A DNA stretch of 64,000 bases. Source: a virus (Duplodnaviria > Caudoviricetes). Below, one piece after another: positions 29,077 to 39,059 of the stretch. The notes below the pieces were generated by a model. It was given only the letters and a program-made list of their open reading frames with translations, was not told the origin of the DNA and did no database searches. Both the position numbers and the translations under genes were made by a program. Where the stretch lies: IMG/VR virus record IMGVR_UViG_3300031998_000067, positions 4,153-68,152 of that record; one strand, written 5' to 3'. Position 1 is the stretch's first letter; every line of letters begins with the position of its first letter.

Positions 29077-29582
29077 TGCTTGACTTCGTTGTACCAGATA
29101 TTCGATCCGAAATTGGTGTTGATTTTCTTTACAACCTCCGCCCGGAAGGTTCTGTCGTTATCGGTCAGTTCGAGCAAATCCTTGGTACGGATGTCACCGA
29201 GAATCAAGGGACAAGCGATTTTCATCTCTGCGATAATCACGTCGCCGTTGATAACGGCGTTTGCGGTCTGCTGTCTGTACCCAAAGGGGACACGCACCTT
29301 CTGACGAGTTACCGGAACCTGGTCCTTGACCATTTCCTCACCGACAATCAGATACTTGCCGTCTTCGGTTACGATAAAGACATTCTCCTCGTCCAGAAGC
29401 ATAGAGTCCGAAGGAGTCATTTTCGTGACCATCTTCGGCATCTGTCCTTCATACTCCGCAACGTCCAGCACCACGGCGCGATAGAGAGGTTCGGCGTTCT
29501 CACCATAGGCGGGCTCGCCGTTCTCGTCCATCACTGCCCGGAGGACTTGGAACGTGTATGGGAAGCGAGGGTTGTAAGCCAT
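29073..29582 (-). CDS. head closure protein with internal TEDG insertion
   Basis: NPRFPYT and NFGSNIWYN termini; position after the adaptor. Confidence 0.55.
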   Translation of the reverse strand: MAYNPRFPYTFQVLRAVMDENGEPAYGENAEPLYRAVVLDVAEYEGQMPKMVTKMTPSDSMLLDEENVFIVTEDGKYLIVGEEMVKDQVPVTRQKVRVPFGYRQQTANAVINGDVIIAEMKIACPLILGDIRTKDLLELTDNDRTFRAEVVKKINTNFGSNIWYNEVKQ

Positions 29583-29591
29583 GTCAAAGAG

Positions 29592-29969
29592 CTATTTTCT
29601 GCGCCGGGGGCATACTCGGATACCCCCAAGCGCAAAATGAATCGTCGATTTCGCCGAGTTAAGGCCATACTTGGCAAGGAGATCAAGACCCATCTGGCGC
29701 ATAAGCCTCTTGTCGTAGGCGGAACTCTGCTTGCCACCTTCCCGGTGGGACCACCCACTGTCCGAGTCCTCGACGGAGCCCGTAATGGAAGGAGTGGACG
29801 CGCACCAGAGATAGGTGTATGCTTTGCAGAGGTCCATCTGCTTGACGGTGAGGCTCGTCACCTCGGAGCCAGCGGGAACGCCCGCATCAATCAGGACGTT
29901 CTCGATGGCGCCGTCAGTGATGTCGAACGCCGTCAGGTCTTTCAGATAATCTTCTATCAGTTTGGCCAT
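29592..29969 (-). CDS. head-tail adaptor
   Basis: Follows the capsid; DSDSGWSHREGG. Confidence 0.65.
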   Translation of the reverse strand: MAKLIEDYLKDLTAFDITDGAIENVLIDAGVPAGSEVTSLTVKQMDLCKAYTYLWCASTPSITGSVEDSDSGWSHREGGKQSSAYDKRLMRQMGLDLLAKYGLNSAKSTIHFALGGIRVCPRRRK

Positions 29970-29999
29970 AATCTCGGTTCAATCACACGTGTTTTTGGA

Positions 30000-31202
30000 C
30001 TACGATGCCGCCTGGTTGGTGCTCAGGTACAGTACGGTCTGGATGGCCTTCGGAACGGGCACGCAGATGGACTCGGCCTGGAAGACGAGACCCTTCTTGC
30101 CACGATCCTCGCAGATAGCGATGGCGCCACCCTCGGAGTACATGATCGGGGAATCGGCGGTTGCGAGGATGTTGGTCGCACGCTTCCACTGGATTTCACC
30201 GAACTTACCGGCAGGACGGAGCACTACGGTGTTGGGGTCGAAAGCCTCGGTCTCAACGGTCTCGAATTTCTTCGAGGTGGGGTTGATGAGGGTTCCGAAG
30301 CCGTAGTAGGACACGACCTCGACTGCGGGCAGTCCGAAGGATGCGATGCAGTTCTTGAGGTCTTCGTCGCTCACGACATAGGCGTCGAGGGAGCCGGAGG
30401 TGGGGCCGTACTTCCACATAGCCACGCGGGCCTTGGTGTCGGCGTGGGCCTTCAGCACCTCCCAGTTGGATGCACTGATACGGAAGACGGATGCCTTGGG
30501 ATCACGAGGGATGAAGCGCATCCTCCAGCCGTAGTTGTACATATCCTCGAGGTCGCCGAGGGGCTTCGCACTGGCGCTGCTCCAAGCGTTCTTGGTGCCG
30601 TGCTTGTAATCGCCGAGCCAGAAACCACCACACTTCTTGCGGTTGGCCGCAATGGGGTTGAGGTTGATTTCGTAACCGACGATACCACCGTTAGAGGTGG
30701 CGAGGGTGGTCACATAGGAGCCCTTGGACTCCACCTGGAGGCCGGTGAAGGAGCGCTGGCTGTGGATGCTCTGGAACAGGTTCATGGTGTCCTTTACGAA
30801 CTGGTCGTAGTAAGGGTCCTGAACGTTCACGCCCTGACGGGCGAGCTGCTGCATCTTCTCGTAAGCGTCGATGTCAAACGCGACACCGCGACCCATACGA
30901 GGGATTTCGCCAGTCTTCTTCGAGAAGCCAGAGGCGGGGAGCAGGGGCCCTTCTGCCTCGTCGGAGAGGTAGGTGGCCATGATGGGAACGCTGCGCTCGC
31001 CGATCTTCTGTTCGAAGGTGCGGGCGGGGTTCTCGAAGGGTGCGAGGGTGTAGATGGACTTCCACTCCTCCTCATCGAACCAGTAGTTCGGGTTTTCCGC
31101 GATCCAATCCTCGAGGGATGCGTAACCGCGAGCGAGGAGGGCACCTTCAAGAAGCTGATAAAATTCGGTCGAATACAGACCGGAAATGAGATTCTTTGCC
31201 AT
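30000..31202 (-). CDS. major capsid protein
   Basis: 400 aa; extreme codon bias; position after scaffold and decoration genes. Confidence 0.85.
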   Translation of the reverse strand: MAKNLISGLYSTEFYQLLEGALLARGYASLEDWIAENPNYWFDEEEWKSIYTLAPFENPARTFEQKIGERSVPIMATYLSDEAEGPLLPASGFSKKTGEIPRMGRGVAFDIDAYEKMQQLARQGVNVQDPYYDQFVKDTMNLFQSIHSQRSFTGLQVESKGSYVTTLATSNGGIVGYEINLNPIAANRKKCGGFWLGDYKHGTKNAWSSASAKPLGDLEDMYNYGWRMRFIPRDPKASVFRISASNWEVLKAHADTKARVAMWKYGPTSGSLDAYVVSDEDLKNCIASFGLPAVEVVSYYGFGTLINPTSKKFETVETEAFDPNTVVLRPAGKFGEIQWKRATNILATADSPIMYSEGGAIAICEDRGKKGLVFQAESICVPVPKAIQTVLYLSTNQAAS

Positions 31203-31216
31203 AATTCAGTCCTCCT

Positions 31217-31882
31217 TTAGCTGTTGCTTACTTCTGCGAAATACTCGGGTTCGATGAACAGGCCGATTTCACGGGCGGCGGCGATCACGGCGGCGGGAAT
31301 ACCGTTGACGGTGTTCACGTAGCAGTAGAGTTCGCCACGGGGAATATCGACGAAGTTCTGGCCGTTACCGGCATAGAGGTCGCGTGTGAAGACGCTGTTG
31401 GCCTTGACCTTGAGGGCCTTGTCCGAACCGGCTTCAGCGGCGATGGAAAGGAAGTCACCGGCGGCAACACTGTCAATGTTGGCGGTGGCCACGGTTATGG
31501 AGATGGTGCCGTCCTGGTTGTCGGTGACAGTGCCAGCAACGACGCCCTTACCGGTGCCGGAGATGGAGGAAGGAACCACCATCACGACGTCGGTAGCCTC
31601 CAGCTTGGGTGCGAGCCAGCTCTTGTTGAGAGTGATCTTGGTGTTGGAACTTTCGGTTTCAACGCCCAGGACCTCCCAGACCTTCATGATCTTGGCGGTG
31701 TGGGCCTTCAGGTCAATCTCGACGGGAGTACCGGCATGCACGAGTTCCTTGTCTGCCAGAGTGTCGGAGATGAGGGCACCGTACTGACGGTACTTCACCT
31801 CGTCCGGGTGGCAGAGGAACGGATTCACGCCACCGATGTCTTTCGAGCGACGCGAATAGGCATTGTTGAAATGTTCGAGCAT
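31217..31882 (-). CDS. head decoration protein (alternative in-frame start at 31999)
   Basis: ATG 31882 follows an A/C-rich initiation region; position between scaffold and capsid. Confidence 0.7.
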   Translation of the reverse strand: MLEHFNNAYSRRSKDIGGVNPFLCHPDEVKYRQYGALISDTLADKELVHAGTPVEIDLKAHTAKIMKVWEVLGVETESSNTKITLNKSWLAPKLEATDVVMVVPSSISGTGKGVVAGTVTDNQDGTISITVATANIDSVAAGDFLSIAAEAGSDKALKVKANSVFTRDLYAGNGQNFVDIPRGELYCYVNTVNGIPAAVIAAAREIGLFIEPEYFAEVSNS

Positions 31883-32016
31883 AGTTGTTTGTGTTGTGAG
31901 GCTCTTAAAATGCAAATGCTCGACAAGAAGTAGCTGTCCGTCTTCTGTTTCGACATAAGCATCATCCTCATCTACAAGCAAAGCATCAAGAGGAGCCATC
32001 TGTTTGTGTGTTAAAG

Positions 32017-32667
32017 TCAACTATTGCGAACCCGGTCGGCATCCTCCTTGGCCTTCTTGGCACGGTCTTCAGCGCTTATCTCGGCGGGCTTGTTGGAACC
32101 TTCCCCGCGATAGGGAGCGGCACCGTCGCCGATATAAGACTTCAACTTCTCCTCGTAGGCCGTCTTGACTGCCGTCAGAAGCGACTCCTCGGTGGTCTGG
32201 TCATTGACCTCGACGCCGGAGATGATGTCGTTCCAGAGCGACACGTTGGATACCTTGAGTTCGTCGGCCTTTCCTTTAACCTTGTCCCGCAGTGCGTTAT
32301 ACTGGCCCTGCTTGACCTTGTTGTTGTAATCGGCCTTGAGGTTGTCGAGTTCCGATTTCTGCTTGTCGAAGTCTTCCTTCAACTGCTTGAGTTCGGGATT
32401 ATCACCGCCACCTCCTCCCTCCGGGTGGGCTTTCTTGTAGTCCTCCAGAGCCTTCGTTGCGTTCGACGCTTTGGTGCGCTCGGCATCTACGGAACTCTGG
32501 ATGGTCTTCAAGAGGGTTTCCACGGAGGCTTCGGCTACGGCGCCTTCGATTTCCTCATCCTTGGTGACGGTTTTTACGAGCAGTGCGGCCACCCCGTCAA
32601 ACGCCTTGTCACTCAACCCCAAGTTCGAATACTTGGTTTTGAGGGCTGCTAAAATCTTGGTTTTCAT
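32017..32667 (-). CDS. capsid scaffolding protein
   Basis: MKTKILAALKTKYSNLG...; Lys/Glu-rich coiled coil. Confidence 0.75.
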   Translation of the reverse strand: MKTKILAALKTKYSNLGLSDKAFDGVAALLVKTVTKDEEIEGAVAEASVETLLKTIQSSVDAERTKASNATKALEDYKKAHPEGGGGGDNPELKQLKEDFDKQKSELDNLKADYNNKVKQGQYNALRDKVKGKADELKVSNVSLWNDIISGVEVNDQTTEESLLTAVKTAYEEKLKSYIGDGAAPYRGEGSNKPAEISAEDRAKKAKEDADRVRNS

Positions 32668-32768
32668 GTTGTTAAAGAACTTTGGTTTTGAGTATAAAAA
32701 AAAGAGCCGCACCTACGACCGTAAGGATCGTAAATACAGCTCAAGGGCTTTTTCGGCAGTTGAGTATG

Positions 32769-32939
32769 TCAAGGAATAAGTTTCACCTCGATAAACCGGT
32801 GGCACCGGCGGCATTTGACAACTACTTTCGTCTCACCTTTAAGCGATGCGACGGAGAGCAATTTCTGCCCGCAACTGGGACACTCGACAAACGTCTTTTC
32901 GCGTCCGTTGCCCGTGACTTCCACCGTCTCGAACTTCAT
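32769..32939 (-). CDS. Com-like Zn-ribbon protein (56 aa)
   Basis: CPSCGQKLL...VKCRRCH matches the Mu Com pattern CxxCxKLL...KCxxC. Confidence 0.7.
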   Translation of the reverse strand: MKFETVEVTGNGREKTFVECPSCGQKLLSVASLKGETKVVVKCRRCHRFIEVKLIP

Positions 32940-32959
32940 ACGCCCATCTATACTCGTCG

Positions 32960-33018
32960 CAAAAATACAAAAAATCCAACAAACAACAACAAAAGTTGTA
33001 AATTTTTTGATAATTTTG
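32960..33018. promoter_or_regulatory. divergent late promoters
   Basis: Minus-strand TATTTTTG (32960-32967) and plus-strand TAATTTTG (33011-33018). Confidence 0.55.
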
Positions 33019-33046
33019 CAGAAAATGATAAAAACAACGGGGTATC

Positions 33047-34663
33047 GTGGTCTTTTCCAAGGACATACCGGTCTTGTCTTATGCGGCTGTTCAGGCTCTC
33101 CGGGATAAGGACAAGGACACAATCAATCCGCTTCGCATCATCGCCCAGGCGGGTGCGCAGGAGCGCATGCTTTCACGCGACGTAGATATAATGATTGGTG
33201 GAGGCTCGAGAGGCGGTTCCAAGTCCTTCAGCCTCGTTATGGAAGGGCTCAAGGACATCAACGAGCCCGCATTCTCCGGCCTTATCGTACGTAATGAGCG
33301 CGACGACCTTACCCAAGTAATCGACTACTCCCTCCAGATGTACTCCCAGTACGGCACATTCAACCGTTCCCGCGACGACCGTACCTGGAACTTCACCGCC
33401 GGAGGAAAACTCCGCTTCTCCTACTACGGAGATAGTATGGAGGACTTCAAGAAGCGTTTCCAAGGCAAGCAATACAACTACATCGGCATCGATGAAATCA
33501 CCCATATACCCTACGAGAAGTTCAAATACCTCGCTACCTGTAACCGAAACGGTATGGGCCTCCGTAACCGCATCTGGGGCACTTGCAACCCGGACCCCGA
33601 TTCGTGGGTGCGCAAGTTCATCGACTGGTGGATAGGCCCAGACGGATTCCCGATCCCTGAGCGTGACTGCGTGGTGCGCTACTGCTTTATGGACGGCGAC
33701 TCCCCGGACACAATCTACTGGGGCGACACTCCCGAAGAGGTGTACGAGCAGTGCAAGGACATCATCGAGCCTCTATGGAATGAGCGCTACGCCGAACTCG
33801 GGTACGACAAGAAGCGGATGTTCGTTAAGTCCGTCACCTTCGTCCGCGCCGGTCTGGAGGAGAACCTGAAACTGATGTTCTCCGACCCCAACTACCTCGC
33901 CAACCTTGCCCAGCAGTCAGACGAGCAGAGGGCACGCGACCTCGAGGGTAACTGGAACTTCAAGTCCGCCGGTGAGGATATGATAAAACTGCTCGATATG
34001 GAGCGGTTCTTCAACTCTCCCAAGATAGAAGGCGGAATCCGCTACGCCTCGTGCGACATTGCCTTCGAGGGCGGAGACTCCCTCGTGATGTGGCTCTGGG
34101 AGGGGTTTCACATCAAAGACCTCTACGTCTGCCGCTACGACTCCAAGACCACTATTCGCAACGTCAAGACCAAGCTTCAGGAGTGGGGAGTCCTCGAGGA
34201 GCACTTCTGCTACGACCTTAACGGGCTCGGCCAGGCGTTCCGGGGTTTCTTCCCCCACGCCAAGCCGTTCAACAACACGGCCGGTGTGGAGCCGAGGTTC
34301 AAGGGTATGTACCACGACCTCAAGAGCCAGTGCGCGTACCTCTTTGCCCACAAGCTGATCGACGGGGAGATGAGCATAGAGCCACGCCTTCTGTCGATGC
34401 GCTTCTCCGGCAAGGGATTTACCAGTGTCCCGCTCCGCCAGATACTCCTCAAGGAACGCCGGGCAATCCGTGGTGAGGACGATTCCTCCGACAAGGGATT
34501 CACGCTCATCAAGAAGAAGGTAATGAAAAACCTCGTCGGCCACTCTCCCGACTACATCGAAGCCCTTCTTATGCGCTTCGTCTTCGAGGTGGGCAAGGGT
34601 ATGCACAACAAGCCGAAAGGCATTCCCCAATACCGTAAAGCAACATCAATCAGATTCGTATAA
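33047..34663 (+). CDS. terL: terminase large subunit
   Basis: GGSRGGSKS (Walker A), IGIDE (Walker B), TCNP coupling motif, CDIAFEGGD nuclease domain. Confidence 0.92.
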   Translation: MVFSKDIPVLSYAAVQALRDKDKDTINPLRIIAQAGAQERMLSRDVDIMIGGGSRGGSKSFSLVMEGLKDINEPAFSGLIVRNERDDLTQVIDYSLQMYSQYGTFNRSRDDRTWNFTAGGKLRFSYYGDSMEDFKKRFQGKQYNYIGIDEITHIPYEKFKYLATCNRNGMGLRNRIWGTCNPDPDSWVRKFIDWWIGPDGFPIPERDCVVRYCFMDGDSPDTIYWGDTPEEVYEQCKDIIEPLWNERYAELGYDKKRMFVKSVTFVRAGLEENLKLMFSDPNYLANLAQQSDEQRARDLEGNWNFKSAGEDMIKLLDMERFFNSPKIEGGIRYASCDIAFEGGDSLVMWLWEGFHIKDLYVCRYDSKTTIRNVKTKLQEWGVLEEHFCYDLNGLGQAFRGFFPHAKPFNNTAGVEPRFKGMYHDLKSQCAYLFAHKLIDGEMSIEPRLLSMRFSGKGFTSVPLRQILLKERRAIRGEDDSSDKGFTLIKKKVMKNLVGHSPDYIEALLMRFVFEVGKGMHNKPKGIPQYRKATSIRFV

Positions 34664-36165
34664 TGAGAACACTACTTTCCAAGAGGCCCTGGCTGACCGT
34701 TCTGCCGTCGGCGCCCGGAACTCCCTTACTGACCAAGCCCAAGATTCAGGACGACTTCATCCGGCAGTATTTCCCGTCGTCCCACAACATCCAGGACCCG
34801 ATGTTCTATCCAGACATCTGGCGTGAAATCGAGGAGCCCGTACTTGACAAAGACGGCAACGATACCGGCAATACCGTTGTCAACACCTACATCGAGAAGG
34901 TTCCCCGCTTCTCTTTCGCTTACCAACAGATTATCACCTTTAAGCACCTCGTACACCTCTGCGGCAACGACATCCAGTTCGACCTGAACACCAATAAGGA
35001 AGACGAGAAGATAAAGGCCGACGTCAGCAGCTTCCACGACGGGTGGCACGAGAAGGATATGGAACACGCCTTCTACGAGTTCGCCAAGAGCGTCAAGATC
35101 ACCGGCGACGCCGCTTTCGCCGCTTACATCGAGAAGGGTAAGTTCGGCTGGGAGGTGTTCTCCTTCCTGAAGGGAGATAAAATCTACCCCCACTATGGCA
35201 AGGACGGTAATCTCTCCGTCTTCGCCCGCTCCTACAAGGAGTACACCGAGGACGGCACCGTCATAGACCGTCTGGAAGTCTGGGACAGAACCTACCTCCA
35301 CCGTCTGCACAAGGTCACTGACCCGAATGCCAACCCCGTCCCGCTCACCTTCGGCACCGGCGCCGGTACTTATCTGCTCGAAGGCTATGCCTACGACGAT
35401 CCTACCTTGGGCGCCGTGGCTCACGGCTTCCAGAACCGCGTGCCCATTGCTTACCTCCGCTCCGAGGAAGGCCCTTGTTGGTCCGCATCCCAGGACTCCA
35501 TCGAGGAGTATGAGATTGCCTTCTCCCAGATGGCGCACAACAACAAAGCGTTCGGTGAGCCCATCCTTTACCTCAAGGGCGACAACGTTGAGGCCAACCA
35601 CGACCTTAACGGCACCATCAAGACCATCGCCATGGGCCCCGACGACAACGCTGGATACCTCGCCGGTCAGTCCGCCTCCGAGTCCTTTATGAAGGAACTC
35701 GAAGACCTCCACGACCGCATCTTCGAGCAGTCCTTCGTCGTGACGCCTCCGGAGCTGAAGAGCGGAGACCTCCCCGCCGCCGCACTGAAAATCCTCTACT
35801 CCCCGGCAGTGGAGAAAGGCATCAACGACGCGGAGATGTTCACCCCGGCGCTCAACGAGGTCGTCTATCTGTTCGCCTTCGGCTACGGCGTCGAGAAAAA
35901 GAAGTCCCTCGACTACGTAAATCTCCCGCTCCGCCCCTGGATCAAGCCCTACGTCCACGTATCCGAGTCCTCCATTATGGCAGACCTCGCCATCGGCGTA
36001 CAGAATGGATTCATCTCCAAGAAGACCGCTTCCGAGCGTGCGTGGTTCTACGCCGTCTCTACGGAATGGCAGCGCCTCCTCGAGCAAGCGAAGGAAGAGG
36101 AGAGGGCAGACCTTCTCGCGGAATTCGAAAAACGGAAGTTTAACACCACCACCGGCCAAGAGTAA
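34663..36165 (+). CDS. portal protein (SPP1 gp6-like)
   Basis: 500 aa directly after terL; acidic. Confidence 0.85.
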   Translation: MRTLLSKRPWLTVLPSAPGTPLLTKPKIQDDFIRQYFPSSHNIQDPMFYPDIWREIEEPVLDKDGNDTGNTVVNTYIEKVPRFSFAYQQIITFKHLVHLCGNDIQFDLNTNKEDEKIKADVSSFHDGWHEKDMEHAFYEFAKSVKITGDAAFAAYIEKGKFGWEVFSFLKGDKIYPHYGKDGNLSVFARSYKEYTEDGTVIDRLEVWDRTYLHRLHKVTDPNANPVPLTFGTGAGTYLLEGYAYDDPTLGAVAHGFQNRVPIAYLRSEEGPCWSASQDSIEEYEIAFSQMAHNNKAFGEPILYLKGDNVEANHDLNGTIKTIAMGPDDNAGYLAGQSASESFMKELEDLHDRIFEQSFVVTPPELKSGDLPAAALKILYSPAVEKGINDAEMFTPALNEVVYLFAFGYGVEKKKSLDYVNLPLRPWIKPYVHVSESSIMADLAIGVQNGFISKKTASERAWFYAVSTEWQRLLEQAKEEERADLLAEFEKRKFNTTTGQE

Positions 36166-36953
36166 TGCCCACCGACGAAGAAATACGCCGGGCAAAGGAA
36201 TACCTTGTCCTCCGACTCAGCGCAGAGAGACTGGCGGTATCATCACTCGATAGCGCCCTTCTCTCCGCCGCGAGGCGGATCGTCGCCATATCCCGCCGGT
36301 ACAACATCCCGCCAGAGCGCTTCCGCTTCTCCGCAGACCCTCAGCTACAAGCAGAGGTGCGTGACGTTCTGGCGCTCCTCCGAGACGCCCTCTACGACCG
36401 CATCGAGACTATCGACACCTTCGATAATGACGAAGACAAGGATCGCCCGTTCGTCGCCCCGGCGCTCACGACCCCGTGGAAGGACAAGACCTTCCGCCAG
36501 AGGCTCGCGGAGTACACCTCCCGTTGGGGCTACGAGATAGAGGCCGTCATAGCCGCCGCCGGTCTGGAAGGTATCAAAGACACCAAGGCCATCGAATCCG
36601 CCATCCGCGAATATCTCGACCGCCCCTATGACAACCCGTGGGTGAAAGACCACATGGGAGAGGGCGCGGCGGTCCGGCTCGAGAACATCCCACACTACGG
36701 CAAGGGTAAGCCCATCGCCTCACAAGCGGCCCTGGCGCTTCTCCTCACAACCGTCGTGGCAAAAGGATGGATGCAGAACTGGGCCAGGCTCAACGCGGGC
36801 AAGAAAGGCTACTACGTCTTCCGTGGCTCATCGTTCCCCTGCGAGATATGCGACTACCAGACCAGCTTTCCGCACGACGCATCGGACGCCGACGGGCTTC
36901 CGCCCTTCCATCCGAACTGTTGTTGCTACGTTGTTTACACCAATGACCTATGA
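36165..36953 (+). CDS. head morphogenesis (Mu gpF / SPP1 gp7-like) protein
   Basis: C-terminal CEICD...PPFHPNCCC. Confidence 0.8.
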   Translation: MPTDEEIRRAKEYLVLRLSAERLAVSSLDSALLSAARRIVAISRRYNIPPERFRFSADPQLQAEVRDVLALLRDALYDRIETIDTFDNDEDKDRPFVAPALTTPWKDKTFRQRLAEYTSRWGYEIEAVIAAAGLEGIKDTKAIESAIREYLDRPYDNPWVKDHMGEGAAVRLENIPHYGKGKPIASQAALALLLTTVVAKGWMQNWARLNAGKKGYYVFRGSSFPCEICDYQTSFPHDASDADGLPPFHPNCCCYVVYTNDL

Positions 36954-37651
36954 TAGAATTTTCCAAGAAACGCATCGCCCGGGCAAGGGAAGAGAAGGTT
37001 GACATCCGGCAGCTCGCCATCGCCGAACTGATGGCGTGGGGATGGTCCGCAATGGACGCTATGCTCGCCATGGGGCTCATCCACGAGGAAGACAACCGGC
37101 TCGACGCCCAACACACCGTCGTGAACTACACCGCAGCCGAGGAGTTCGTCAAGGTGTACAAGAAACGCTCCGGGCAGCTCCGCAACGGAGCAGTGTCCGA
37201 CGACCAGCAGAAGGTACACCCGACGCCCGGCACGTCCGGCGCCCTCCGTGGACGCCCCAAAGCCGACGGCACCAAGCCCGACCGCAAAGAGTGGCAAGGC
37301 CCTCTCGAGGAGCCCGTACAAGACGAAGAAATCCTCGCGGCAATGTGGAGCACCATCACCAAACTCAAGCCGGATGATCCCAAGCGCGTCGATCTCCTCG
37401 ACAAGTACGACAAACTCAAATCCCGCAAGGGCATCGGAGTGGACGACACCACCATCCACTTCTACCTCCCGCGCCCGGAGTGCGACACGTGTCCCTTCCG
37501 TGGAGAACACGTTATCACAGAGCCGGACAAGCCCGCCCAGAAGGAAGCCCCGAAGGAAGACCCCAACAAGGGCTACTCCGTCCACGGCAAGAAACTCGGC
37601 CGTCCAAAGAAGCAACCTCTGGAGAAAATCGACCTCATTATTGAAGAATAA
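36950..37651 (+). CDS. hypothetical protein with C-terminal CxxC (possible small terminase)
   Basis: IHFYLPRPECDTCPF; inside the packaging operon. Confidence 0.55.
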   Translation: MIEFSKKRIARAREEKVDIRQLAIAELMAWGWSAMDAMLAMGLIHEEDNRLDAQHTVVNYTAAEEFVKVYKKRSGQLRNGAVSDDQQKVHPTPGTSGALRGRPKADGTKPDRKEWQGPLEEPVQDEEILAAMWSTITKLKPDDPKRVDLLDKYDKLKSRKGIGVDDTTIHFYLPRPECDTCPFRGEHVITEPDKPAQKEAPKEDPNKGYSVHGKKLGRPKKQPLEKIDLIIEE

Positions 37652-37677
37652 GTTTAACCAACACATCATAACACATT

Positions 37678-37929
37678 ATGTCACAACTCATCAACTTTAT
37701 CCCAAAGACCAAGGAAGAGTGCCGCAGACTCCTGAAAGACCTCTCCGAAAGTCGTGAAGGCGCCGCCGTGGCGGACCGCTACGGCAACATCGACGCCCTC
37801 AACGCCGAAGAGGTGAAGGCCCTCATCGACCTCATCGAGAACCAGATCGGCGAGAAAGCGCCCAAGGCCCCGAAAGCCGAAGCCCCCGCCCAGAAACCCG
37901 CACCCAAAAAGAAAAACGTCAAGAAATGA
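37678..37929 (+). CDS. small Lys/Ala-rich protein
   Basis: Codon bias matches the operon; KAPKAPKAE tail. Confidence 0.65.
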   Translation: MSQLINFIPKTKEECRRLLKDLSESREGAAVADRYGNIDALNAEEVKALIDLIENQIGEKAPKAPKAEAPAQKPAPKKKNVKK

Positions 37930-38330
37930 AAACAGACAGAAAAGGCCGCATCGTCCTCCAGAGAGGCGACTACCGCGTAAACAACTTCATCTTCCACCTG
38001 GAGCCCAACCACATCAAGGTAATGGCCATATCCGGCATCGTGTCGTGGCGCGTATCCCTCGACACGTCCGTCGGCATGCTCATCGCCAACGGCATCAAGG
38101 AGAAACAGGACCAGTGGCTCGGCATCTATGCCGCGTGCACCTTCTCCCACCTCTGCGTCGTCCCCGACCAGAAGTTCTTCGAAAAGCACTCCGAACTCGT
38201 CAACGCCCAGGTCGAGCTCCATCCGGAGTTCTACGGCAAAGCCAAGCCCACCGACGACAAGGAGGCCGACGATAAAATCCTCCAGGAAGAGAAGGAACTT
38301 CACGAAGCACTCGAAAAGTCCGGCGAGTAA
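37926..38330 (+). CDS. hypothetical protein
   Basis: ATGA overlap; last gene before the terminator. Confidence 0.7.
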   Translation: MKTDRKGRIVLQRGDYRVNNFIFHLEPNHIKVMAISGIVSWRVSLDTSVGMLIANGIKEKQDQWLGIYAACTFSHLCVVPDQKFFEKHSELVNAQVELHPEFYGKAKPTDDKEADDKILQEEKELHEALEKSGE

Positions 38331-38368
38331 TACCCAGGCGCCACTTCTCCATACATACTCGCCACCCA

Positions 38369-38410
38369 CCCCTCACGTTTTTCCCGTTGTTGTTGTCGTG
38401 AGGGGTTTTT
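38369..38410 (+). terminator. intrinsic terminator
   Basis: CCCCTCACG...CGTGAGGGG-TTTTT. Confidence 0.75.
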
Positions 38411-39059
38411 CATATCCAGAACACAACATTATCCCAACATTGATCCAAATCCGCCGAAAATCCAAAAATCGGCCTCTGACACCATTTCCCGCCCATTTCA
38501 CAAATTGTAAAATGCATTTCACTATTTGTAAAATCGATTTCGCAAATCTGTCAAATCGATTTGACTAAAATGCTCAACCAATACCATCTATATAACATCT
38601 GTATAAGAAACAATAAAAAGAAATGTAAAAAGAAAAGTTCACGCTTTGCGACTCCTCAACCGATATTGCAAGAAGTTGTAATTTCCAGTCGTAGATTTCA
38701 CTTCAAAAACCAATCTATTTCCGAACAGCTCTCTCGCGTATGCGCGTATGCGTACACACACTCGCTCTGGCAACCATCATTCCGATAGCGATAGCTATGC
38801 GTATCTTCCCTGGCTTTCGATAGAAATGCCCGCAGAGCGCCGATCCGGCACCCCGGTGGCACTCCGCATCATCTCGACACCTCCAATGCGATTCTGGGCC
38901 ATTTCTGGGGCCCAGGAGGGCAAAATTCAAGACAACCCGTTATCCCCTTTGGGGATACCCCCGAAACCGAAAATCCGAAAAATTCAAAAATGAAAAAATC
39001 AAAATTCGTGTGGGAGGTGGGCGATAGTTCCTTTTATACGCGCGGGGGGCCGGGGTGGC

